A DNA stretch of 64,000 nucleotides from Paraglomus brasilianum (taxonomy: Eukaryota). Under the pieces are notes generated by a model. That model searched no databases. It saw only the letters and a program-made list of their open reading frames with translations, and was not told the origin of the DNA. Shown in pieces: positions 52,498 to 64,000 of this stretch. A program made the translations under genes and the position numbers. Position 1 is the stretch's first letter, and every line of letters begins with the position of its first letter. The stretch spans positions 1-64,000 of the forward strand of contig CAJVPI010000015.1 of assembly GCA_910592345.1 (NCBI GenBank). Reading direction: 5' to 3'.

Positions 52498-54380
52498 ATG
52501 ACTGCTTCTACAGGCCGTAAAACTGGTCGCGTTAAGTTCTTCAATAGCCAAAAAGGATATGGTTTTATTATTCCAAATGACTTTGAAGAGAATAAACTCG
52601 AGGGTAAGAGAACGCATAAAGGAGAGACTTGGAGAGGAAATAGTGTTACAAGAGATAACTTTATTTGAGACATTTTATTAAGAAATGCCCAATAATGAGT
52701 TAAACTGGATTCGTTCAATTGTTACAGTAATCATGCATTGATCCATTAAGTTGTGAGAAATGTAACCAAGTATATCAATATCTGAACATCCTCAACACTC
52801 TCAACGCTTGAATATGAAACATCAAACTTGATCAATTTGTTTCAACATACGTTCGTTTATAATCTTATGATTTATCATTTTATCTTTATTCTTTTCAAAA
52901 AAAGTCTTCGTACACTACACCGCTATTCACAACGATGGTGGATTCAAGAGTCTTGCTGAGGTATAAACTGCGCCGAAACTAGACTGTTTATGATTTATAT
53001 TTAACTTGTTAGCCACATGTATTATATTGGTGTTTACTAATTTTATACGTTGTATACTATTTGCCATGTACAACGAAATAGGGAGAAGAGGTATGTATAT
53101 ACGTCCTGCAGCAAAAAGTCATCGCCCAGCACAATTATTTAATGATTTACCAGTTTATTCCATAATCATACTCACTTATTTCTCTTCATAATCACCACGC
53201 CTGTTCTCTCCTCGATTGTATCACACTCGCCCAATTGCTGGGTACACGATGATCTGGATGAAGGTTGAGTTCGACATAATTAAAGGACCAAAAGGATTGC
53301 AAGCAGCTCACGTATCTGGACCCAATGGGCGTTCGGTCAAAGGAGATCCGATCGCGCCAAGAAGGCCGTTTAGGTAGATAAACAGGGATAGAGAGAAGAA
53401 GAGAGGAGTAGGAAGTATATGGAAGGAAAAGCGTTTGTATAGTCATAGGAATTCGTGGGGATCGGAATATTGGCCAATTCAAATTTACGATTTGCAAAAA
53501 CGTCTCGCATACTAACCAATTGCCATTTGCAATGTTTTTCTTCACACTCAATTTCAGTACTTTTAGCGGAGCATACAATTATGGAGCAGCTGGTAACTCA
53601 TGCGAAAGTCATGGTACTAGTTCTCCATTGACATCCATCTTCTCTTCTTTTTTTTTTACGTCAACCATATCAACTCATGCTATCATTCTCTTTCAACCCT
53701 CACTACATCTTATTTTAATGCATTCTACCTTCCAACACCACTCCTTCACTTGCGGTCGATCCTCATACGCATCATAATTCTCAAACACCGTCCACTTTAG
53801 TCTATAAATATTACTATAAATATCCCCCCCCCCGCATCCGCATCCTCTGGGCAATCCGCCTACCCCCATTCCCAGCACACTTCCATTGACGCAGCAATCG
53901 TATCATATCTCGCCACCATTTCCATCACAGGCGTTTCCGGGACAGCAAGCGAATTTATATAGTCAGTTTGCGCAATACGGATACATTCCTGGAGGAAACA
54001 ATCATGGGAGTGTCGGACCGGGGTATGTCCAGCTAATTGCGCCGTATTGTAGAAACGGGCATGGTGTTGTGAACAAAGGTAATAGTGGTGGGAATAATGG
54101 GAATGCGGGTGGCAATACTGGGAACACAAGTGGGAATGCTGGAAAAGGAAATGGACAGGGTCATGTTCAAGGATATGCGCAAACAGAAGACGCACACGGA
54201 ATTATCACATACAGAATCTCTGCAATCGATCAGAATATGAATGGAATGGACAACATAGGCAGAATGAATGGAAAGGGGACAAATGGAATTGGTCCAATGA
54301 GCGTCAACGGGGATTGTATCAGCCCACGAGCCGATACCCAGAATTCAATGATTTTTGTTGCCCCCAATTCGGGTTTCTGA
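52498..54380 (+). CDS. Cold-shock-domain (Y-box/Lin28-type CSD) nucleic-acid-binding protein with a P/G/N-rich tail
   Basis: Exons 52498-52603, 52905-52960, 53082-53090 (9-nt microexon), 53264-53373, 53558-53592, about 53801-54380, giving GRVKFFNSQKGYGFI...VFVHYTAI...GFKSLAEGEEVEFDIIKGPKGLQAAHVSGP. The last exon frame is uncertain at a poly-C run. Confidence 0.88.
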
Positions 54381-55679
54381 AGAGGTCGGGAAAAAAAAAT
54401 AGTGAGGGAGTATTATTAGTGCTTTCTGTACGCTAGGAGAAAAATGGCTGAGTGCAGTATTGGTTTTAGTGCCGTATCGTTTATTAGTAATGGCTGTTTG
54501 TTACTACGTCTTTGCAAAGTGGGGCCGTCTCATCGGTTGTTCTGTTTGGTTTTATAATCAGGAAAATAACATTTTTTAATGCTATACAACACTTATATAA
54601 CCTTATATAATTATATAATAATAGTCATACAAAACTTAAATTAGAATGTAATAAAATAACCACGAACTCAACATGCAACTTTGTTGAATGGCTGGAGGAA
54701 AGAGGAAGGTAATAAGACAGCAGCAGGTGTAGCTTCCGCTATCTTGAAGATTTCTATAACATGCTCAAAGCAATAAAACATTATATAACCAGGGCACATG
54801 TTCGGTGAAAGTTAATAGGCACACCATGATGTTCCACTTCCCACAATGCATGACTATTTCTTCAACTTGAAATTGTGCATTGGTCCCAATTGCTCTTACG
54901 TCATTTGAAGTACAAGCGTAAAGTGATCGCTCACTAATAATAGTCGCGCTTTTAGTTATTCTACCACGTAATCCAAATTCTCTCAATGACCCGCCTTTCG
55001 GCGGCGGCTCAACTAACAATCTGGTCTGCGACTGATTTCGAAGCCTACGATCGACAATGCCAATAGCATACAGCTCCTAAATTGCTGACAAAACCACGAT
55101 TCATCTCGCATGATAACGTGACTACACATACTATTTTGTCGACTTATATTCCCGCCTACGCTAAATCGTTGTAATTATTTCTTCCACGCCTTCCAATCTC
55201 TTTAGTCGGCTCATACGCCTTAGCGCCATATTGCGCGAGAGTGAAACATCTCATTACAGTATCAAATTAAAATCATTGGTTTGCAGGCTTGAACAAAGCA
55301 CATAACCTACTATTGGTCTATAGATACTAATAATTATCATAATTATAATACGACAAATGGTTTAGCGCCAGAAGTCGTTGACTATCCAGGTTATTGTATT
55401 GACACTGGAGGCAACGTATCTGTTGGAAACCAATATCGCGTAAAATATTGATAACATAAAATAGTATAATCTTTGATACATAAGCATTGTAATACGGTAA
55501 TTCAAACGACATAACGATAATGTGGGCACTGGTAATAGTAACACCAATTTAAAAGTTCTGGAAATTATCGAAGGATGTTGATTATCAAATTGCAACGATA
55601 CACAAAAAATCTTGATGTCATATTGATACGTTTCATAATTACATGAATCAAAAGTACATTGTTATTGTGGACATTTAAT

Positions 55680-57370
55680 TTAACGCACTGTTCGTATGAA
55701 TGGAGGAAGCTTACTCTAAACCAGGATGGGGATATCATATCGCCATAAGTGATAATGGAAAAGAAGTTGTCAAATTTGGCATTCGTAAGTTCATTAGAAG
55801 GATATAGATTACAGATTTATTTACTGCTCAACTGATTAGTCATCTCCCATCTCAATAATATTACAAAAGAGAAAGAAGGAAGTGAAATCGTCTGACAGCG
55901 TACGAAGTCAACGGAAATGAAGTCTTCAAAGTCTCCGAACGCTATAAAATCAATACAAGGAGCTTGCGACCCGGATTCTACTATGCCAACATGGAGTCTA
56001 GCCATATCCAATGCGAAAAAGACTTAGTTGCGTTTTCCTATTTTCAACTAAAGAAACTCATGAAACTAGAATCTGGATGTTCTCCTAGAAGAAAGTCGCG
56101 TACGCGGCCTTGTACCGAATAGGAGCGCACATTCGCAAGATCGCAGCTCTACGTACGTGCTTGTGATGGATCGTAATGATCCCGATAAATGGATAAGGAT
56201 AGAAACGCCATTAGATGAAGTTGCTGGGGTAGTTGATTTTGCATCGGACCCTAACTCGCGAATGAAGGAGGAATATTTCAATACAATATCGATCCGGAGC
56301 ATACAGAACCATACAAAACCTTGGATGAAACTAGCGTATGGCAGCGTGATATTCCGAGGGCATACAAACACGATATGAAGGATAAGTGGAAAGGTCTACA
56401 TAGCGAAGCTCACTTTCAATTTTAACAAGGACGATCAAGTCACATGTGTACTTAAAAACTCAGCTAAAGAAGAAAAAGTAGAATTGTCTGTTGTCTGCCA
56501 GACTCCAAATTGATACAGCTGATAGAACCATGGATACCAGACGGTAAAATATAATCGGTGTATAATAGGAGGAACTCTGACATTCTATTCACAACATCAT
56601 CAGCTACTTCGGTAACAATTCGAACAGTGGTTTGAGGAAGGGGAGAAATTTTGTCCGGACGATCACATCAGATGATTGAGCGTGGAATAAAAGAGTGTGG
56701 AAATCTATTTTTATTTTCGACAAGACATCGACAACGCTATATACACATATGTAAAGTGTTCGAGTCATTCACTATCGTTATCCTCCAATTCAAACCAACT
56801 GTGGTTAGTTAGTTTTTCTTGAACGTCCTGCGGTTTGGTGAATTCTCGAAATTTCGAATATAATAGCGACAATTATAGACTGGTTCCAGATATGCCGACC
56901 AGAGGAAAATATCCATGCATGGGACCTCTTCAGTAGAAGGTCCCAGTTGGTTTTTTACTTTCGCAGACATTATGGATAATAATAGTACCCATTTAGCCGA
57001 AAACCTCGTCGATGCAGTCTAATAGCTCAGAATCTGCCCGATTAGAAATCTAGGGCAATTTCAAAGAATTGTGTAGGAAGAATTATTATTACTCAAAAAA
57101 CGAAAGAGCAGTTACGAAACCGAAATTTAGCTGGCGCCAAACAAATTATTGATTAAAGGTATTTCAGGCAGTCTACTTGCAAATTAAAAAACGCGTCGAG
57201 TCAATAATCCTTCTAAACAGTTCTTGTTATGCGTAGGTAAAAATGTCATTTTCAATGCCTTTTTTTCCCCGCGCACAGTTTATACGATTTGTGTAAACAA
57301 GAATTCACAAAGTCGAAATTCTTTATTTATGCTGGAAACAAATAAAAGGGAGAAATTAATTTAATTTTGG
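55680..57370 (+). pseudogene. Shattered duplicate of the downstream TRP-like channel locus
   Basis: 55685-56470 matches 58368-59225, including intron 1, with many indels. Short pieces match about 59820, 62450-62630, 62945-62975 and 63655-63845. The segment at about 56665-56855 is the reverse complement of about 62625-62812. Confidence 0.9.
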
Positions 57371-58382
57371 TTGCTCCTCAAGAAGTTTTGTCATAATCAC
57401 GTTATCGAGTCAACAACCGCAGGAATTTATGCGATTAGTAATATTCGCGTAAAGTCCAAATCGCTTCCGCAGCATTTACACTGACATTACGCAATAGTTT
57501 CTTAGGTGCTGCATCGTTAATTGGGAAACCTCGGGTCCCTTCACCTAGAAGTATGCTTCAGCTAGGTCGAATGAGCATCTCTACGTTACACTAACTACTA
57601 TATCCTCCTTCGTCAGGACTGGGGGGAGTCGGATCTGTAATAGGAATCAGAGCCTGGGTAATGTCCCTTGCCCAGCGCATTGGTCAACGTTTATTGACAC
57701 CTGATATACTGGGATTGGTTCGGACGATTGTGACAAATGATCCATCTCGCAAACTCGCTCATGATATTGTCTGGATAAACGACGTATAAGATTATTCGTC
57801 CCCAATGTCGGAGCTGTGGATTATCTAATAGTGATACCATAATCCTTGGCGAAAATTTTTCTATTAAAGATATGTCTATTCAAATCATTGGGTTGCCCAT
57901 TCATTATCAAAAGGCTCACATGCTTATTCATACGATTATAACAATATCTCAGCGCATGACGCTATCAAAGAAATCTTGGCGTAAGACAGCGGGGCACCAT
58001 GTCACAAAATTGCGCATCATTGATAACACCAAAAACAAGTACATTCCCAGAGTACAAGTCTCATTCCCTTACAACGTGAGTGTGCATTTGATGGAAGGTA
58101 TAACGAGATGATCAATGACCCCATTTCACTGGCTGGCAGCCAAGCTAATTTTAAAATTCTGCATATTATGTCGTGACTGCTCCTAAAGATGGTCTTATCA
58201 AGCTCCGATCAGGGTTGACTAATGTAGGAATCTGCGTTGTAACGATGCACAATCGACAAGTACAGTACATGCATGTCATACATTTTCACAATTATAAAGT
58301 TAATCGCATATATCATGATCCGTCACATTGTGGAGAGAAAGGTTGGAAAGCCGACATTTATTTACACGTACTGTTCGTATGA

Positions 58383-61300
58383 ATGGAGGAAGCTTACTCT
58401 AAATCAGGATGGGGATATCATATCGCCATAAGTGATAGTGGAAAAGAAGTTGTCAAATTTGGCATTCGTAAGTTCATTAGAAGGATATAGATTACATATT
58501 TATTTAATGCTCAATTCATTATTCATCTCCCATCTCAATATTATTCCAAAAGAGAAAGAAGGAAGTGAAATCGTTGGATACCTGACAGCGTACGAAATCA
58601 ACGGAAATGAAGTCTCCAAAGCCTCCGAACGCTCATATAAAATCGATGCAAATTATATACAAGGAGCTTACGACCCGGAGTCTACTATGCCAACATGGAG
58701 TCTAGCCATATCCAATGCGAATATAAATAGAAAGACTTTAATTGCGTTTTCCTATTTTCCAACTAAAAAAACTCATAAAACAAATTCGGATTTAGAATCT
58801 GGATGTTCTTCTAAAAAAAGGACGTTCGTACTTAGCCTTGTACCGAATAGGAGCGTACATTCGCAAGATCGCAGCTCTACGTACGTGCTTGTGATGGATC
58901 GTAATGATCCCGATAAATGGATAAGGATAGAAACGCCATTAGATGAAGTTGCTGGAGTAGTTAATTTTGCATCGGACCCTGACTCGAATATGTGGCTACT
59001 GACAGTATCGAATGAAGGAGGAATATTTCAATACAATATCGATCCGGAGCGTACAGAACCATACAAAACCTTGGATGAAACTAGCGTATGGCAGCGTGAT
59101 ATCCCGAGGGCATACAAACACAATATGAAGGATAAGTGGAAAGGCCTACATAGCAAAGCTTACTTTCAATTTTTAGCAAGGACGATCAAGTCACATGTGT
59201 ACTTTGAACCTGAGCCAAAGAAGAAAATGCTTCGTGTGTACAATCTACGTGATGGGTGGCACCTTTTCGATCTCCATCACCATGGCGATCCGAGTCTAAT
59301 TGGCTTTGATACGCCAGTACTGGCAATATCGAAAAATGGCGCCTTGTTGGCAGCTAGTCTTGATACTACGTCTATCAACGTTTATCTGATGGAGAATGGT
59401 TTAGAGTGCGGAAGAAACGATGCAACGAAATCGCATAGAATAGTATTGATTGAATTCATCAATAATGACGAATGCTTACTAATTATCAGAGAATCTAAAG
59501 AGACACACGAACTAGTGGCTACTATATGGGAGTTATTCACGTGCAGACCCGACAGACCTATAAAAAAAATCAATTTACCAGATTACTTCTTTTATAAAAG
59601 ACCGAATCTTTATGGCGTCAGATGGGCTGGCAATACGGCAGTTTTTGTCACAGACAAAGGGGATCTAAAATTAGTTCTCGACTGCTTTGATCCAGAAGAG
59701 GAGAAAGTCAGTGGAAGAGAGGACCCGCCAATTGTGGCCGACAAACAATTAGAGTATTCGACTGTATATGAATTGGATGAAAAAAAAACATATCGCCTGC
59801 CAGACTTCAGATCGACACAGCTGATAATACGTAGGATAGAACCATGGATACCAGACGGTAATAAGATAATAGGTGTATGGCTGGATGAAAGTGAGGAAGG
59901 AGGTCGGCGACAACTTCTTATCGGAAGGAATTCTGTACAAATATGGAAGCGCTTACCGGACGGTAAACGTCTATTATCGTACATATATGCGAATGAGGAC
60001 ATCGTAACCGATCTCAAGACAGATCCAAAGGTCACTATTACTATTTACAAAGATAGGTTCGATCTCACAATCGAGCGGGAGAATGTCTTTCCGGGGGACT
60101 CAAATCGTGTCTTACGCATCAAATGGCCAATTGATCCTAGTGAAATAGTTTTAGATGCATGTAAAGCCCTTGAATGGTTGGATAAGAAGAAGGACAAAAA
60201 CTATAAGCACGAGAGACGCATATTGTTCGATGAAATCAAACATCAAATTACCAATATTGTTCGCATCTTTATTAAACGCCATCCTGATGAATGGAGTTTA
60301 CTCGAAGTGCGACACGACTTGATGAAGTCTTTAATCATTGGAGGGTGTTCTCGCCTGACACAAGACTTGATTAAAGTTAGTGACGGTGAAAATAATGAAA
60401 ACAATGAAAATGAAAACAATGAAGAGGAACATCGTCGTCGTCTGTTTCACATTCCGCGAAAATACTCATGGGATAATGATAAGAAGAATACTGATATAAT
60501 GGTGGTCATCGAGAAAAACGACAAGTTGACCGAGAACTTTCTCGCGTATTATGCTCATCATGCCAAAAACCATTATGGTTGGATGCATACAGTAGGAGGA
60601 GCTCTATCGGCGTTATCCGAGTTGGAATCATCTAAAGCAGACAGTGAGTTTTGAAATAAAAATATTCGTTGATTAAATCTGGCTACTACTTTTAGCATCA
60701 AGTTCTCTTACTATTCACCTTTCTATTAGACCTGGATATTCCTAGGAAGAGATTGTTGGCTTATCCAACGTTCGCCGGAGATTCATTACATTCTCATAAG
60801 CATCCTCCCACGGCTTACACAACAATTTTTCGATCATCACCAGAGATTCACGATGACTTGGAGCCATTATCGAGAAATGACGTAATTGCAAATTTGAGAC
60901 ACACCCATTTGACTAAAGCAGAGGGTACGGCGCTAAGGGTCAAGTTGCGATTTGATCAATTTAAGCGACGACTCAGGGACGTTAAGCTTGCAACTATAGT
61001 AAAAGTCATGCTTATCCCCTTCTCGTTTGCTTTGAGAGCCGTCGCAGCTATATTTGACAGAGTAAGGTAAGACTTTCGCGGCAAGGATGAAAGGGGTGGG
61101 GGATTTCGGTAGCTTTAAAAATCTTGAAAACGCGAATGTTACCCAATGTAAATTTTTCGTCTTTCAAGCTATTCGTTTTAATAATTTCACGCCAATTTTT
61201 CTTTCTTCCATCTCTAGGGATCCCGAGACACGTATAAATACTGTGCGTCGTATTCCGGTACCAGTTGACACCGATGTCGTTAAGATTCTACAAAATGCTG

Positions 61301-62713
61301 TGGATGATGAGGATAGTGAAATATTTTTTGATAATCCGGTCGTTTCTGGCCTTATCAGTTATGCATGGGAGGGCGCATCTTATCTCTATTTCGCGTTTTT
61401 GATTATGTTTTATTCTTATTTGATAGTCTTTGATGTATTTATATGGCAATACATTCAACAAAACAATAGTCATTGGTTTATAGTTGTATACCTCTTTGCA
61501 ATTGGGGCATATTATGCATTTTTTGAAGTGACTGAAATTTACAATAATAAGCGAAAAGGCTTGACGTTCTACAACGCAGTCAACGTATGTTCGTTTATTC
61601 TTCCTATAATAACAACTGCAGTCTTGACAATCAAAGCAACGCGTGATGACGATGGGACGTGGGGATTTAGTCAGACAGAAATAGGCAGAAATATTCTCTT
61701 CCTAATTTCCATTACTACATTCATCATGTGGTTCCAATTACTGTTGCTTCTAAGACCATTTGAAGGTGAGACACGATTTCTTGGGTTTCGAGTGTTTTTA
61801 TGTAACATTTAATCTTTAATACTGTACTTTGCGAATACGTCAGCTATTGGCTCTTATGTGTTCATCATCAGCAACATAATCTCGCACATTTTACCATTCT
61901 TGGTATCATTGTTCATACTCATTGTAGCGTTCGGGCATGCCATGTAAGTAGATTCACAGCAGTTTCTTGAAAGAGGTATATAAAATACTAATCCTGCGTT
62001 TCTCACCAAAGGTACTTGCTTTTGCATGATCCAACGCAAATTGGTTTGTCACCAAACGTTCTACAACTCGGTGTCAACATGACAACTCCTAATGGCGACG
62101 TCGAGCAGACGAATTTTACAGTGTATCAAAGTTACAATTCGCACGACGTGTCTGACAATAGTTTTGCAAATTTCTGGACTTCCGTGTTATCCTCTTACAA
62201 CTGGATGAATGGAAGATGGGATAATTTGGACTGGAATTACTATGCAGTTACAATCTTCACCGTCATTGCAAGCTTGCTTCTAGTTATTATTATGTTAAAC
62301 ATCCTTATTGCCATCATGGGCGATATATACGCGACTGCCAAGGTATTCGGGAAACGAGAAATCTTGAGATTGCGCGCAAGATTCGTGCTAGATACAGAGT
62401 AGGTGACATCGTTAGTGAAATCGGCTATTTGCATTACTTATCTTTATGAGCTGACATTCTATTCACAACATTCATCAGCTACGTCGGTAACAAGGCGTGG
62501 AGTACATTATTCCCCTCGTATAAGCCATCGTCGCGCTTTGAAGATGTCGTAAAGAAAAACCCACGATATATGTATGTTCTTGGTAACCGTCGGCAATTCG
62601 AACAGTGGGTTGAGGAAGGGGAGAAATTTCGAGAACTCACCAAACCGCAAGGGATTCAAGAAAAACTAACTGACCACAGTTGGTTTAAGTTGGAGGATAA
62701 TGATAATGGATGA
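58383..62713 (+). CDS. Large TRP-type ion channel with an N-terminal beta-propeller-like region, 7 exons
   Basis: ATG 58383; introns about 58468-58552, 60644-60729, 61067-61217, 61767-61843, 61944-62011, 62399-62478; stop 62713. N-terminal AISKNGALLAAS-type strands, then IFFDNPVVSGLISYAW, six hydrophobic segments, pore-like SFANFWTSVLSSYNWMNGRWD and S6 IIMLNILIAIMGDIY. Confidence 0.85.
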
Positions 62714-62974
62714 CTCGAACGCTATATATGTGTATATAGCGTTGTCGATGTCTTGTCGAAAATAAAAAATAGATTTCTAGATACTCTTTTTATTCTACAC
62801 TGACATCTGATGGTGATAGTTGTGGAAATTTGACCCCATAAACCAATAATATAATCGCGATAATTATAAACTGGACGAGGCTACTTTTTCCGATGAATTA
62901 CATATACCAAAAGTAAAGCCAGAGAAAATACCCATTATAAAGTCAACGAAAGAGCAGTTACGAAACCGAAATTT

Positions 62975-63645
62975 TGATAAACTATGAGTGCAGGCTAGGG
63001 ATGTTAATCCAATCTGGCAGTCCCAATGCAAGATTGGACTGGACTAACAAAAAATTGGCTACTTAGGATTGAAATCCTATAGGATGGTTGTGAATCGTCC
63101 CATAGGATTGAGTCTTTATAGGATGGTTACGAATGATTGAGTCTTTATAGGATGGTTACGAATGATTGAGTCTTTATAGGATGGTTATGAATTGTCCCAT
63201 AGGATTGTCTTTATAGGATGGTTATAAATAGGATTGAAATCCTATCCTAATCCTTTAGACTGCTTTCGGTCCAAATTTGAACTTGAATTTTTGATTCACT
63301 GACAAAATCACTTCGGAAAACTATATAAGTGCAGCTATAAAGTCAGAACTGCAGCTATTATAGCAAAGTCACGTGATACTGCGTTGCACGAGTCATTGTA
63401 TAGAGCCTGTTTAGTCTGCCAATCCTTTTACCGATCATTATCCTATAAAACTACAATTCTATTGAGATGATTCACAACCATCCTATAAGACTGCAATCCT
63501 ATGAGACGATCCACAACCATCCTATAAGACTGCAATCCTATGGGACGATTCACAATCATCCTATAAGACTGCAATCCTTACAACCATCCTATAGGACTAC
63601 AATTCATGAGACGATTCACAACCATCCTATCCTATGGGGTCGTTA
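62975..63645. mobile_element. Foldback-type insertion with inverted arrays of roughly 24-39-bp tandem repeats
   Basis: The left array (about 63065-63245; ataggatggttgtgaatcgtcccataggattg) is the reverse complement of the right array (about 63440-63635; caatcctatgggacgattcacaa[c/t]catcctat). The block is absent from the duplicated flank near 57125-57140. Confidence 0.75.
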
Positions 63646-64000
63646 TTTAGTTCGTATTAAACAAATTATTGGGTAAAAGTATTGTCATATCGCAGGCAGT
63701 ATATTTGCAAATTAAAAAACGCGTCGAGATCAATAATCCTTCTAAACAGTTCTTGTTTGCGGTAACAGTAAGTAGAAATGTAATTTTCAATCTTTTTTTT
63801 CCGCGCTAATTCTTTTATTATTTGAGCGTGGGAATTAACTTATTTTGGTCGCAGACCATCCATATACTTTTAAGGCTTATTAGTAAAGTGGCGTATCAAA
63901 AGTCATGTCTTGTTGTAGGACGTTTCTCCGCCTTGCATATGCTTGCAAAGCCTCGAAATCGTTACAACGAACTAACTTGACTTCTCTCAATTTTGTTAAT

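Noticed and set aside
54988..55018. GC hairpin ccgcc-tttc-ggcgg followed by ctaa, as a Helitron 3' end
   Set aside because: The stem is short, the terminus is not CTAG, and no second copy or 5' end was found.
58432..58552. ORF-track N-terminus MIVEKKLSNL... of the channel
   Set aside because: Mostly wrong frame plus intron 1. The spliced model from ATG 58383 gives a better N-terminus.
63065..63676. CRISPR-like array or the 69-aa repeat ORF (IHNHPIRLQSY)
   Set aside because: The repeats are contiguous without unique spacers and are mirrored as inverted arms. The ORF is a by-product of the 39-bp unit.

Overview
Eukaryotic, intron-rich, AT-rich fungal DNA. The gene families resemble Mucoromycota, most like Glomeromycotina (arbuscular mycorrhizal fungi); this assignment is inferred. 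Conserved spliced genes: a kinesin-4 motor (7-exon model), a DLT1-like membrane protein, an unknown conserved protein, a homeobox transcription factor, DHFR, V-ATPase subunit c, a C2H2/low-complexity protein, a cold-shock-domain protein and a large beta-propeller-like/TRP-type channel. Two unusual items stand out. (1) A tandem array of three nuclear RNase P RNA genes at 26.2-27.4 kb, two structurally intact and one truncated. (2) A decayed ~5 kb virus/mobile-element-like island at 29.0-34.3 kb, with a compact non-canonical family-B DNA polymerase reading into an F-box/LRR, a TET/JBP-type 2OG-Fe(II) dioxygenase, a Zn-ribbon/PD-(D/E)xK nuclease, a stand-alone retropepsin and a Zn-finger gene. 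Also present: two copies of a TA-flanked MITE, a shattered and partly inverted duplicate of the TRP gene, and a foldback repeat insertion. All calls come from reading and translating by eye; no database searches were run, and pseudogene boundaries are approximate.
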